A stretch of DNA of 64,000 nt, taken from the sequence record NC_005083.2; one strand, written 5' to 3'. Position 1 is the stretch's first letter, and the number at the start of each line of letters is the position of its first letter. Below, piece by piece: positions 13,419-23,183 of the stretch. The position numbers and the translations under genes are program-made. The notes below the pieces were generated by a model. The model was given only the letters and a program-made list of their open reading frames with translations. It was not told the DNA's origin and searched no databases.

Positions 13419-13714
13419 TGCCAGCTTTAGCAGGGGCAGACGAACCGACTACTGGTCACGGAACATATCCACCGACAGTAGTAACAGGGGGTAGCGGGAG
13501 AGTTACAGTACAAGGCAAACCTGCGTTATCAAAAGATAACATGGTTCATGTTACGCATTGTAACACAGTTCCGAATCATGATTGTCACGCCGGTAGTGCA
13601 GCAACGTTTAGTCCGAAAGTGTTTATTGAGGGGAGTAATGCAATCCGTATCGGCGACACATTGACGTGCGGCGATACGGTAGCAGGTGGTGCGGGGAAGG
13701 TTACTAGTTCGTAG
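13418..13714 (+). CDS. 5.4: gp5.4 PAAR spike-tip protein
   Basis: TTGHGTYPP, VTVQGKPA, H/C metal ligands, AIRIGDTLTCGD. Confidence 0.92.
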   Translation: MPALAGADEPTTGHGTYPPTVVTGGSGRVTVQGKPALSKDNMVHVTHCNTVPNHDCHAGSAATFSPKVFIEGSNAIRIGDTLTCGDTVAGGAGKVTSS

Positions 13715-14063
13715 CGTTGTGCGATTTGATTCGCTCTTCACTATTCAGAGTCGTAACGTCAACTTCTTCAGCTTTGAATGAATTATCGACCATTTTTGGT
13801 GCTTCGACAGTCGTCATTGGATCGACTTTGTATTTTGCAGTGTCGTTTACGACTTCGGTCGCTGTAGGGCGTGTGATTGGTGATGTGAACACTTTAAACG
13901 CACCAGCAGCAAGTGTCAGAACTAGAGCTACTGCAATGATTTTGCCGTAAGGTAGTTTCAAATCAAACTTGAAGATCTTTGACAAGATGAACGCAACAAG
14001 CAAGATTAGCAGTAATGAAACGAATACGCCAACGACTGGTGCGAGAACTAATAAAAATTCCAT
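13704..14063 (-). CDS. Small membrane protein, partner of the SPFH gene
   Basis: Two N-terminal hydrophobic segments followed by a polar tail. Confidence 0.75.
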   Translation of the reverse strand: MEFLLVLAPVVGVFVSLLLILLVAFILSKIFKFDLKLPYGKIIAVALVLTLAAGAFKVFTSPITRPTATEVVNDTAKYKVDPMTTVEAPKMVDNSFKAEEVDVTTLNSEERIKSHNATN

Positions 14064-14084
14064 TGTATTTTCCTATTTCGTGTG

Positions 14085-14110
14085 AAACAAAGGGGCGACA
14101 TAGCCGCCCC
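14085..14110 (-). terminator. Terminator/attenuator between the SPFH gene and its partner
   Basis: GGGGCG-GCTATGT-CGCCCC then TTTGTTT on the minus strand. Confidence 0.65.
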
Positions 14111-14117
14111 GTTTTGA

Positions 14118-14993
14118 TTATTTAATCGGAGTTTGCACTGCGATTTTGTCAAGCATTTCGGTAGGTACGAATACCTTGTTGTTTGATTTCGCAAGCTCAC
14201 GTAGAGTTTTTTGCTCTTCTAGGAAGCGTACGTTGTTGTTCATCAGCTTGTCAGCAACCAGTTTCTTGGTTTCTGCTTCGTACAGTTCGATTTCGCGTTG
14301 ACGTTTTGAAACTTCTTCACGAGTCGCAATCTGTAGCAGGTCAAGTTTACGTTGTGCTTTTACAGTATCTTCTTGCTGACGACGTTCAGCCGATGCTTCT
14401 TGCGCAGCAGTAATCGTTTTAGGGTAAACTACGTCAGTAACACCCACGACTTTAAGAACGAATGGCGTATCTTTCAGTTCTTGATTAAGACGCTGTTTCA
14501 CGAACTGGTTAAGCTTTTCACGGTTAGATGCGACTTCCGAAATGCTGTATTCAGCAATGATTGACGGAATAATCGTGTTCAGTTTAGCTCGTGCATAACG
14601 AACGAACACATCTTGCTGTGAAATCACACCTAATTGATCAGTCTGCGATTTGAACGGCACCTTCGCAAAAACGAAGTTGTATTTCGCAGGATCGACCGCC
14701 ATGGTCATTTCAACGTCGTACTTCAGCATTAGTTCGTCTTTCGGCATGAAAGTGTCAAACTTCATTTCGTAGAAGCTGTCAGATACATCAAGCAGTACTA
14801 GACGATCTGGGTAGCGCCATGCCCAATCAAGACGGAACTTAGATGGTTGACGTGGCTCTTGAGTCAAATCGAAGCCGTCTTTAGTCTGAATCTTACCAAC
14901 GAAGCCGGTTGGGATTTCAGCAGGAGTACCACAGCCAGTTAGTGCGAAGCCCAGTGCTGCTACTGAAAGAAGTTTAGCGATATTTTTAAACAT
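14118..14993 (-). CDS. SPFH/band-7 (prohibitin-like) lipoprotein
   Basis: Lipobox ALTG-C; SPFH core (YSISEVASNREKL, VVGVTDVVYPKTITAAQE); C-terminal coiled coil. Confidence 0.88.
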   Translation of the reverse strand: MFKNIAKLLSVAALGFALTGCGTPAEIPTGFVGKIQTKDGFDLTQEPRQPSKFRLDWAWRYPDRLVLLDVSDSFYEMKFDTFMPKDELMLKYDVEMTMAVDPAKYNFVFAKVPFKSQTDQLGVISQQDVFVRYARAKLNTIIPSIIAEYSISEVASNREKLNQFVKQRLNQELKDTPFVLKVVGVTDVVYPKTITAAQEASAERRQQEDTVKAQRKLDLLQIATREEVSKRQREIELYEAETKKLVADKLMNNNVRFLEEQKTLRELAKSNNKVFVPTEMLDKIAVQTPIK

Positions 14994-15025
14994 GTTTTGC
15001 TCTCTTAGTTAAGTTGACGATGTGA

Positions 15026-15054
15026 ATGATACGTTGTGTAGTTCAGCATGTCAA
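15026..15054 (-). promoter_or_regulatory. Early sigma70 promoter of the SPFH module
   Basis: TTGACA-17 bp-TATCAT with an A-rich upstream element. Confidence 0.8.
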
Positions 15055-15110
15055 GTTGTTTTTCACAAATTTCTCATTTTGTTTGTGCGCTTCGTTGCGC
15101 TGAGGAGTAC

Positions 15111-15139
15111 ATAGTAGGCAAAACAAATACCCCTGTCAA
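15111..15139 (-). promoter_or_regulatory. Second upstream early promoter of the SPFH module
   Basis: TTGACA-17 bp-TACTAT. Confidence 0.7.
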
Positions 15140-15147
15140 CACTTTTC

Positions 15148-15155
15148 TATAAATA
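15148..15155 (+). promoter_or_regulatory. T4-type late promoter (gene 25)
   Basis: TATAAATA. Confidence 0.85.
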
Positions 15156-15178
15156 AATTTAAAATTCGGAGAAAATCT

Positions 15179-15598
15179 ATGGCAATTGCAGAGTTGAACA
15201 CTCTAAAGCCAGGGAGTTACTACTTCAGTGACATCCCAGCAAATTTCGGCAAGAGTGTTGTAAACAATGACTTGAGCGCATCATATGACTTGAAAGCAAT
15301 ACAAGAATCAATCATCGGAATCGTGAGTACAAAGAAAGGCGAGCGACCTTTCAATCCCGAATTCGGATGTGACATCAGCAATCAGCTATTTGAAAATATT
15401 TCGCCTGCAAGTGCGTTTGCAATCAAATACAGTATTGAGAACGCGATTTCTAAATGGGAACCGCGTGTGGTGATTCAAAAGATTGAAGTTCTACCGCTTT
15501 ATGACAAGAACACATACGAAATTGTGGTTCAGTATCATCTACGCACCAACTTTGATCGACTGTTTGCGCTTAAAACAAGACTTGTGAATCGTCTTTAA
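15179..15598 (+). CDS. 25: gp25 baseplate wedge / sheath nucleator
   Basis: GERPFNPEFGCD, ISKWEPRV motifs. Confidence 0.95.
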   Translation: MAIAELNTLKPGSYYFSDIPANFGKSVVNNDLSASYDLKAIQESIIGIVSTKKGERPFNPEFGCDISNQLFENISPASAFAIKYSIENAISKWEPRVVIQKIEVLPLYDKNTYEIVVQYHLRTNFDRLFALKTRLVNRL

Positions 15599-15603
15599 TG
15601 AAC

Positions 15604-15628
15604 AGCCCGCCATTGTGCGGGCTTTTTT
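15604..15628 (+). terminator. Rho-independent terminator after gene 25
   Basis: AGCCCGC-CATTGT-GCGGGCT followed by T5. Confidence 0.85.
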
Positions 15629-15682
15629 GTGCATTAAATATAAGAAACGAAATTTACATAATTTTACCAACAGGGGAATAAC

Positions 15683-17641
15683 ATGACAACTAACTCGAAT
15701 TTGCCTGTTAGTTCTGGCTCGTTTGAGACAATCAAACAAGACCTTATTCAATATCTGAAAGGTCAAGACGAGTTCAAGGATTACGACTTTAAAGGTAGTC
15801 GCCTGAACGTACTAACAGATTTGCTTGCATACAACACAATGTATCTTCAGCACTACTCGAATGCAGCACTATTCGAGGGATTTATTCGCACTGCACAGAA
15901 ACACAGCAGTGTGGTTCAGCACGCTCAAGATATGGGTTATGCTCCAAGCTCTTTGTCGGCAGCAACACATACTATCGGTATCAAAGCGTATCACGCTGAA
16001 AACCCAGTTGAGATCACATTAGGTACAGGTACTCGATTCAGCGCAGATGTTGATGGTGTTGATTACTACAGCTACATCGTATGGGAACCTCATATTCTAA
16101 TCGGTGCGAAACAAGACCCGCTTGATCCTGCGAGTCCCTTAGTGTATCAAGACCAGATTGATTTGGTTCAAGGAACACTAGGTCGCTATGAAACGATTTT
16201 CAGTGAAAGTGAGTCGATTACGATCAAAGACCCGGATTTAGACAGAAATTATGTTCGTGTGTTCGTAGATAATGCAGAATGGACTAACTGGACTGACAAA
16301 TCAATCGTGAACGTAACTGGTGGCTCGAATGTATTCTATCTTCGCGAAACAGTAGACGGGTACACTGAGGTTTACTTCGGCGAGGGTGTTCTGACTGATT
16401 TTACCGAGAACGCAGGTGCATACAATCCCGGTTATATCGGTGGTTTGCGACCAATTGAAGGTCAGCGCATTCGTGTTCAATACGTGAAAACATCGGGACC
16501 GCTTGCGAACGGTTCACAACGTTTCACATGGGCAGATGACATCCCGAATTTCCAATTGGATGACAAGAACATCGACGACAATCCGAATAACGATGAGAAC
16601 TTCGTGGGATCTATCGGCGGTGGCTATGCTGAAGGCACAGAACGTATTAGAGAACTCGCACCGATTTTCCGCGAGTCGCAACGTCGATGCGTGACTAAAC
16701 TTGACTATGAAACGTTCGTTTCTCAGAAGTTCGGTAATATCGTTCAGGCTGTTCAAGCGTTCGGTAGCTCAGACAAGCCGGGATATGTGTTCATTTCGAT
16801 TAAACCGAAAAGCGGATTGACTCTGCCTCAAGTTGCTCGTAATGACATCGAAGAATATCTGAAAGAATTTAATATTGTAACAGTAACACCTAAAGTTGTT
16901 GACCCAGATTACTTGTACATCAAGCACAATCTGAGAATCAACTACCGTACCGGTTCATTGGCTGAGGGTGCTGACTATCTGAAAGCTCAGATCATCAATG
17001 CGATTTCAGATTACTACTACAATGAAGTGGAGATTTTCAACGCATCGTTTCACGTGTCAAAGATGTTGAGCTACGTAGATGACGCGCACCCGTCTATTCT
17101 AGGTTCACGCTGTGACATCAGCTTGATTCGCGAATTGACCAACTTTGCACAAACTCCTATGAGTGGCTACAGTTTCTTGAACCCAATTACACCAGCAACT
17201 GTGAAGTCCGAAGACATCACGTTTACCCCGGGTAATTACAAAGTTCAAATGAGAACAACTGAAGCTCGTACTGCGCCGACACAAGAAGATATTGGTACAA
17301 TTCTATTGGGTCCATTTGCAGCAGGTGACATCACAGCGCCAGTTGACCCAGAGACTGGCTTGCCAACTGGCGCATACACAGACAACGACTTTGATCGCGA
17401 AGTAATTGGCGGTCGCAGTCTATATTACCGTGTAGGTACAATTAACTACGCATCAGGCATGATGGACTATGACTTCATCAACTTGGGTATCAACTCATCA
17501 GATTGGGATGTTACTGGCAACCTGATCGTGTCAGCAACGCCAACACGTGTGAATATATACACAGATGACGGTAGCTTGATTGTATATGAGAACGAGCTGC
17601 GTCCTCAATACACAGACATCGTCCTAGAGGGTATTTCTTAA
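15683..17641 (+). CDS. 6: gp6 baseplate wedge
   Basis: DYDFKGSRLNVLTDLLAYNT, QRRCVTKLDYE motifs; 652 aa. Confidence 0.95.
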   Translation: MTTNSNLPVSSGSFETIKQDLIQYLKGQDEFKDYDFKGSRLNVLTDLLAYNTMYLQHYSNAALFEGFIRTAQKHSSVVQHAQDMGYAPSSLSAATHTIGIKAYHAENPVEITLGTGTRFSADVDGVDYYSYIVWEPHILIGAKQDPLDPASPLVYQDQIDLVQGTLGRYETIFSESESITIKDPDLDRNYVRVFVDNAEWTNWTDKSIVNVTGGSNVFYLRETVDGYTEVYFGEGVLTDFTENAGAYNPGYIGGLRPIEGQRIRVQYVKTSGPLANGSQRFTWADDIPNFQLDDKNIDDNPNNDENFVGSIGGGYAEGTERIRELAPIFRESQRRCVTKLDYETFVSQKFGNIVQAVQAFGSSDKPGYVFISIKPKSGLTLPQVARNDIEEYLKEFNIVTVTPKVVDPDYLYIKHNLRINYRTGSLAEGADYLKAQIINAISDYYYNEVEIFNASFHVSKMLSYVDDAHPSILGSRCDISLIRELTNFAQTPMSGYSFLNPITPATVKSEDITFTPGNYKVQMRTTEARTAPTQEDIGTILLGPFAAGDITAPVDPETGLPTGAYTDNDFDREVIGGRSLYYRVGTINYASGMMDYDFINLGINSSDWDVTGNLIVSATPTRVNIYTDDGSLIVYENELRPQYTDIVLEGIS

Positions 17642-20600
17642 TGGCAAATGTATTACAGGCACCGCCAATTATGGAAGTGTCGATTAACAAATTGACACGA
17701 AACTATGCTGAACTTTCGTGGACAACCGTGGGTGAGAATTTCCGTTATGAAATTCACGTGCGCTCGGCGGTCAGTGCTGAACTGCTTTTAACGCAGCCTT
17801 TCGCGCCGTTATACCCAAACCCGTTCACGGCTGAAACACGTCTGTTTACAAACATTAACGAATCAGTGCGCTACTATCAGTGGCGCATTCGTTCAGTTTA
17901 TCAAGGATTTAATCCGAGTGAATGGATTCAGTCAGACATCGGTTACACGTCTGAAACAAACGATTACGATATTGTCACGCAAGACGAATTCACGCCTGCT
18001 AGTTCATTTATAGAAGCGCGTCTTAACAACGATAACGTTCAGTATCTTAACAGCCGCAACCAGTTGCAAGCAACCTTAGTAAGACCAGGGTTTGAATTTG
18101 ACCCAAATATGTTCAATGCTGATTCAGCCGCGTATTGGTTCGTTACTAACCCAGGATTTAGCGCAAATTACGGGAAAGTGCCGTCAGTTTGTCAGAGCAA
18201 TAGTCGAGTGATCCCGTCGGTGATCGACGATGTGATATATGCATTCGAGCGTTGGCAACAAGTTTGTAAAGTATCAAACGACGGTGGGAAAACATGGCAG
18301 ACATACAAGGCAACCAACTCGCGTCTAGGTAGCCCTGTGTACGACTGTATCTGTAAGCAGTCTAACACGTTTAGTTATCTTCTAGGGTACGATTACCTTA
18401 TTCAGGGCGTTTCGTCTACTGACGTTGATTACTCGCATGATAACGGACTGGAATACTCACACGCTTCGGTTGATCTTACGTTCGATAAACTAGACTTTGA
18501 CTTGGGTTTTGGTTTTGATGTTGAGCGTTTCAAAGATCTTGCTATTTTACCACCACAAGTGCGTCATAAAGCAGATGCGTTCGGGGTTGATGATGTAATG
18601 ACCGTTGTAACATACGGAAACACATACGTATGGCACAACAATAGAATCCCGCGTATTTTCGACAACGTTCAATCTGACCTATACGGTGAACGTATTTTCG
18701 AAACAGTAGGTGAGCTTGACAATGAGCCGGTCTATTTCGAAGCTCGTATTGTTCAGAACGATATTAGTCGCCCAGATTTCGACGAAAATACTGCCGATGT
18801 TTGCGTGAAAAAGATTCAGTACTTTGATGATCCTGAGCAAGGTCTTGATTATCAAGATGGTCACATGTATGCGCTGGTTATAGGTGAGTGGGAGCATGAT
18901 AGTAACGGCAAACGAATCGGAACTTCTGATCCAAATGAGATTCGCGGCGTATATCGTCTGAATCGCACCGCTATCATGAACGGCGACATCGTTGTAGGCT
19001 ATTCAGGTCTATCTTGGGAGCGCGTATACGGTAATATTGCTGAAGAGCGTTTGCTGCTAAACGAACGTTCGGTTATTTCTCGCGATAACACTCATCTAAT
19101 CGTTGGGCATGACTTGACAAAGAACTATGGTGAAGAAGGCAACCCTGCTTATGATAATCGTCAAGAATCTAGCGGCGCGCCTGGCAACTATCACTCAACT
19201 CTCGGTAGCAATTACGGCACAGTCGATGACCCGTACCTAGTTGCAGACAACGATGAAGTTGACGAAGCAGTTCGCATGTTTACTAAGCCGTTCTTTACGA
19301 CTTATGTTAAGCCGATGACTCAGATTATCGCAACGAAAGACGGGAATACGTGGGATTATAAGCCACAAGATTACTACGGTTCAGCGCACTTTAACTGGAT
19401 GCAGCGTGCAGAAACGCGAGATTGGAAATCGTGGGCAAACGAAATCATGTACTACAAGAAAGAGTCTATCTTCCGCCATGATTTTGCTGATCTTGATGAT
19501 GTTCGTTGGAAAGAAACGTTTAACGAAGGCGAATACACATTTGAAGCACCGAACTTATCTATTTTCGGTTTCAATGGGTATGCGGCAGGTGCAATCATTC
19601 ACTCAAAGAATGATAACAAAGTGATTGGTTACTACAAGTTCCCTTATCGCGTTGACATCACCGCACCGATTCGTTGGTCGCCAGAGCGTCGTGTGATAAC
19701 TGCTAGTCTGTCAAATTACACACCTGTAATCATCGAGCCGCCAGCAGAAGATCCAACGACTATGCTCGATCCTACGTTGACGCCACTGATTTACAAAATG
19801 ATGCCAGAAAACTACTTAGATGCAGACGGATTTTACAAGCAATTCGCGAAGCACTACTTGGATTTCATCAGTAAAGGCGACGGAACAGCGTATAATAACG
19901 TGTACAACTTGCTGAACAGCAAAAACCCGTTAGATGACCATTACACTGAATACTTGCACAAGCTTGTATATGAGCGAAATCGTATCTTAGAGCCAGAGAA
20001 GCGCGACGCAGTTGTTAAGTTCTTCTTAGCACGCAGAGCAGACTTTTACAGCACGAAGGGTATTTTGGACTCATACAAGTTTCTGTTCAAGTTACTGTAC
20101 AACGAAGATGTTGAAGTTGAGATTGAATCGCTTAACACATTTGAGTATGCAATTGTGGTGAATTCAAATGATGTAACAGATGATATTGTCGGTCGACGTA
20201 TCTACTCAGGTACAGGCAATGCGGATGTTACGTATATCTCTAGACATTACATTGAGGGTAAACGTTACTGGAAATTGACGTTGAACAACTTAATCGGTGA
20301 ATTGAACATCGGTGATGTTTTGTCAATTGACGGTCTGGATTTTACCGCTACCGCGATCACTCGCGTACAAGGTGAACGAATCGACTACGACTCAAACGAG
20401 TTCTTAGATCGAAGCAAGTCATACTACGTGATGAAATTGCGTTCTGAAATGCAATTGAGTCAGTACAAAGATGATGTAATTCGATTTGTGCATCCAATTG
20501 GATTTGGGTTTTTGGGTATTACGCTACTAACCGTACTGATCAATCATGGTATCTCAGTAGAGCACCATGAAACAATCGTTGATTCGTATCGTTTGATTAG

Positions 20601-21138
20601 ATACGACAATGGTATCGGTCTAAACTTCACAGAAGAAACGTCATTACTTGACATGTATGAAGAGCGTGTTTACAACTCGTTCGGTGAGCTTCAAGTGAAG
20701 CCGCATCCGTTAGCTCTTGAAAATCCGTTAGACCATGTGATTCATGATCGTATTCTGAACACGCAAGGCGTGACAATCACAGAATACAACGACTACTGGC
20801 GTAATGATCGCGTAATCGCCCTTGACGAATCGGTTGCGATTGATGAGCAACGATATATAGAGACAGATACGGGTGATATTAATGACATTTGGGGTGGGAA
20901 ACAGCGCGTTCTTAACCCGAATTACAACCCAACTGCGAAAATTCAACCAGCAGACGCGAACAACTCAGAGCAATGGGGAATGACGCCGTACGAACGTGCG
21001 CCTGCATTCATGTTTGACTGGTCGACAGGGGCAACGAGTATTTCAGATATGTACGAGGATACTGACTACAGACTGAAAGACAACGTAGGTAACCCATACG
21101 ACCCAGAAACGCCGACTCAAAAACAAATAGGTGAATAA
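17641..21138 (+). CDS. 7: gp7 baseplate wedge initiator
   Basis: 1165 aa, N-terminal FN3-like region, FYSTKGILDSYKFLFKLLYNE, FVHPIGFGF. Confidence 0.93.
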   Translation: MANVLQAPPIMEVSINKLTRNYAELSWTTVGENFRYEIHVRSAVSAELLLTQPFAPLYPNPFTAETRLFTNINESVRYYQWRIRSVYQGFNPSEWIQSDIGYTSETNDYDIVTQDEFTPASSFIEARLNNDNVQYLNSRNQLQATLVRPGFEFDPNMFNADSAAYWFVTNPGFSANYGKVPSVCQSNSRVIPSVIDDVIYAFERWQQVCKVSNDGGKTWQTYKATNSRLGSPVYDCICKQSNTFSYLLGYDYLIQGVSSTDVDYSHDNGLEYSHASVDLTFDKLDFDLGFGFDVERFKDLAILPPQVRHKADAFGVDDVMTVVTYGNTYVWHNNRIPRIFDNVQSDLYGERIFETVGELDNEPVYFEARIVQNDISRPDFDENTADVCVKKIQYFDDPEQGLDYQDGHMYALVIGEWEHDSNGKRIGTSDPNEIRGVYRLNRTAIMNGDIVVGYSGLSWERVYGNIAEERLLLNERSVISRDNTHLIVGHDLTKNYGEEGNPAYDNRQESSGAPGNYHSTLGSNYGTVDDPYLVADNDEVDEAVRMFTKPFFTTYVKPMTQIIATKDGNTWDYKPQDYYGSAHFNWMQRAETRDWKSWANEIMYYKKESIFRHDFADLDDVRWKETFNEGEYTFEAPNLSIFGFNGYAAGAIIHSKNDNKVIGYYKFPYRVDITAPIRWSPERRVITASLSNYTPVIIEPPAEDPTTMLDPTLTPLIYKMMPENYLDADGFYKQFAKHYLDFISKGDGTAYNNVYNLLNSKNPLDDHYTEYLHKLVYERNRILEPEKRDAVVKFFLARRADFYSTKGILDSYKFLFKLLYNEDVEVEIESLNTFEYAIVVNSNDVTDDIVGRRIYSGTGNADVTYISRHYIEGKRYWKLTLNNLIGELNIGDVLSIDGLDFTATAITRVQGERIDYDSNEFLDRSKSYYVMKLRSEMQLSQYKDDVIRFVHPIGFGFLGITLLTVLINHGISVEHHETIVDSYRLIRYDNGIGLNFTEETSLLDMYEERVYNSFGELQVKPHPLALENPLDHVIHDRILNTQGVTITEYNDYWRNDRVIALDESVAIDEQRYIETDTGDINDIWGGKQRVLNPNYNPTAKIQPADANNSEQWGMTPYERAPAFMFDWSTGATSISDMYEDTDYRLKDNVGNPYDPETPTQKQIGE

Positions 21139-22162
21139 AGTGGCAAAAATTTACAGATCAACAATCACAACAGAATATCGAGTTAACAACTTGATGAACT
21201 TCTACGAAAACGTAGGTGATGAAGACGACAAGAACACAATTTACCTTATGTTCGGTCGTAATGAGCCTTGGTCAGATCGCGAAGATGAAATAAACTTCGC
21301 GCCACCTTACCCGAACGACAGCCCAGACGGAAAAGCCGACGTTTGGGCGCGTGCGCTCGGTCTGATCAAGATTCCAAAATCACAGCTTCGCCCTGTTCTT
21401 CCTCGTAAGGACTGGGGCGACCCTGATTTGAATAACTCGCTTCGATTCACATTCGGTGATATTGTAACAGTTAACACTATGCCGATCAATAGTCACCCAA
21501 GTGCATTGAACGGCTACATGGTTTATCGTTGCATAGACATCCCAGAAACAGACCCGAACAACACAAACATTCGCGGTACGTGTTCGATTGCGACAGTAAC
21601 GAACAAAAATGACTGTGTAGCAGTCGGCGGTGAATGGAATGCACCGTCATCACCAGGTAACCAAGAAAACATCCCACACGGCACAGGGAATGCAATCGAA
21701 ACAGGTGATGGGTACGTATGGGAATATCTTTACACTATTCCACCGAGTGAAGTTCTTACGAACGTAACTCAAGAATACATCGTTTGCCCGTTCCCTGAAG
21801 ACATTATCGCTGATCGTGTTGCATGGGGTCTAGATCAGAACATCGTTTTCAATGAAAACTACGATGAGACGATTTACAGTGTAGGCGCAGTGCAGTTGCG
21901 TTTTCGAGCTAAACTAGCAGGTGCAGACTTCATTCACTTGTTTGGTCCCGGCAATCAGGGCTATCGCCAGATTTCGCTGGTTCAAAACCCGTTGCTAGTT
22001 CGAGAAGAAGGCGCAACGTCGGATACGAAAGCGACTGAAACACGTTATGACCCACACGAGATTCAAGCAGGGACTGGTCAGATAATTTACATGGAAAATC
22101 GCCAGCCGATTCGTAAAACACTTGACCAAGTAGAAGAGTTCAACTTGATCTACAACTTCTAA
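21131..22162 (+). CDS. 8: gp8 baseplate wedge
   Basis: PRKDWGD, GDGYVWEYLYTIPP, YMENRQPI motifs. Confidence 0.95.
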   Translation: MNKVAKIYRSTITTEYRVNNLMNFYENVGDEDDKNTIYLMFGRNEPWSDREDEINFAPPYPNDSPDGKADVWARALGLIKIPKSQLRPVLPRKDWGDPDLNNSLRFTFGDIVTVNTMPINSHPSALNGYMVYRCIDIPETDPNNTNIRGTCSIATVTNKNDCVAVGGEWNAPSSPGNQENIPHGTGNAIETGDGYVWEYLYTIPPSEVLTNVTQEYIVCPFPEDIIADRVAWGLDQNIVFNENYDETIYSVGAVQLRFRAKLAGADFIHLFGPGNQGYRQISLVQNPLLVREEGATSDTKATETRYDPHEIQAGTGQIIYMENRQPIRKTLDQVEEFNLIYNF

Positions 22163-22217
22163 TAAATAAAGTAAACAACTCATTAGGCGCGTGTTCGCGC
22201 CTTTCTTGGAGATTAAG

Positions 22218-23174
22218 ATGGGACGACAAAGATTAGAAACTGGTACTGCGGGTTCGGTTGGTACTGGTGATACAATTCACAACGGTGGTAATAAGCTGCG
22301 TGACAACTCTGACGAGTTCTACCACATTAACGCAGACTTTGAACTAACTGAAGCAGGTGAAAACTATATCCCTGCTTACAATGACACGTCGCCACGCCCT
22401 TTTGCAGGTGGCTATTGGCAGAGAATTCCGCCAAGCTCAACTGCGGGTGGTTCAGGTGGTCCGAACAACACTAACTTGCTAACATCAATCATTACTGGTG
22501 GTAAGTATGACATTGACACGTCAGCACTAGGCGGCGGGGCATCAATGACATTAAACTTGCCGAAAATCGGTACAACAGCGGGTATGGCAAAGCGCGGTGA
22601 GAGAATTGAATTTCAAAACACGACTGCGACTCTAGACACAAACCCGATTGTTATCGCACCATCAGCAGGTGATGCAATTGTTGGTGCGACTGAACTAAAC
22701 GGCACACAAATCGTTCGTAACAATTACTGCCACATAATCTGTACAGTAATTGATGATGGTACTGGTCTAGCAGGCACACCTCAGTGGGGTATTAAAATCA
22801 TCCCAATTTTAGGTGACTTCGGTGCGCCAGTTAACGACACGATTTACACAATCCCAGAGACAGTGACAGTCACAATGCCGCTATTTGATACTTTATCGTA
22901 TGCAGCGTGTAAGTTGATGGTTTACGCAGAAAACAGCGACCCAGCTCAGGGTGGTGCGGTTACTCGTCGTATGTCATCAGAATTGTTGCTGCTAAATAAT
23001 GTAACAGACGTTTATATTGATGAATACTCAGTAATCAATACAGACAAAGATTTCGGTAACTTGGTTCTAATTGAACCGCGAGTTGATAACGGAACAATCG
23101 TTCTCGATATTACATCAAATGACGATAACGTGTCAATTTCAATCAAATCTATCGAAACAATCAGACTATCGTAA
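22218..23174 (+). CDS. 9: gp9 long tail fibre connector
   Basis: Start re-assigned to ATG 22218 (GGAG RBS); GTGDTIHNGGNKL motif. Confidence 0.9.
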   Translation: MGRQRLETGTAGSVGTGDTIHNGGNKLRDNSDEFYHINADFELTEAGENYIPAYNDTSPRPFAGGYWQRIPPSSTAGGSGGPNNTNLLTSIITGGKYDIDTSALGGGASMTLNLPKIGTTAGMAKRGERIEFQNTTATLDTNPIVIAPSAGDAIVGATELNGTQIVRNNYCHIICTVIDDGTGLAGTPQWGIKIIPILGDFGAPVNDTIYTIPETVTVTMPLFDTLSYAACKLMVYAENSDPAQGGAVTRRMSSELLLLNNVTDVYIDEYSVINTDKDFGNLVLIEPRVDNGTIVLDITSNDDNVSISIKSIETIRLS

Positions 23175-23183
23175 GGGACAATA

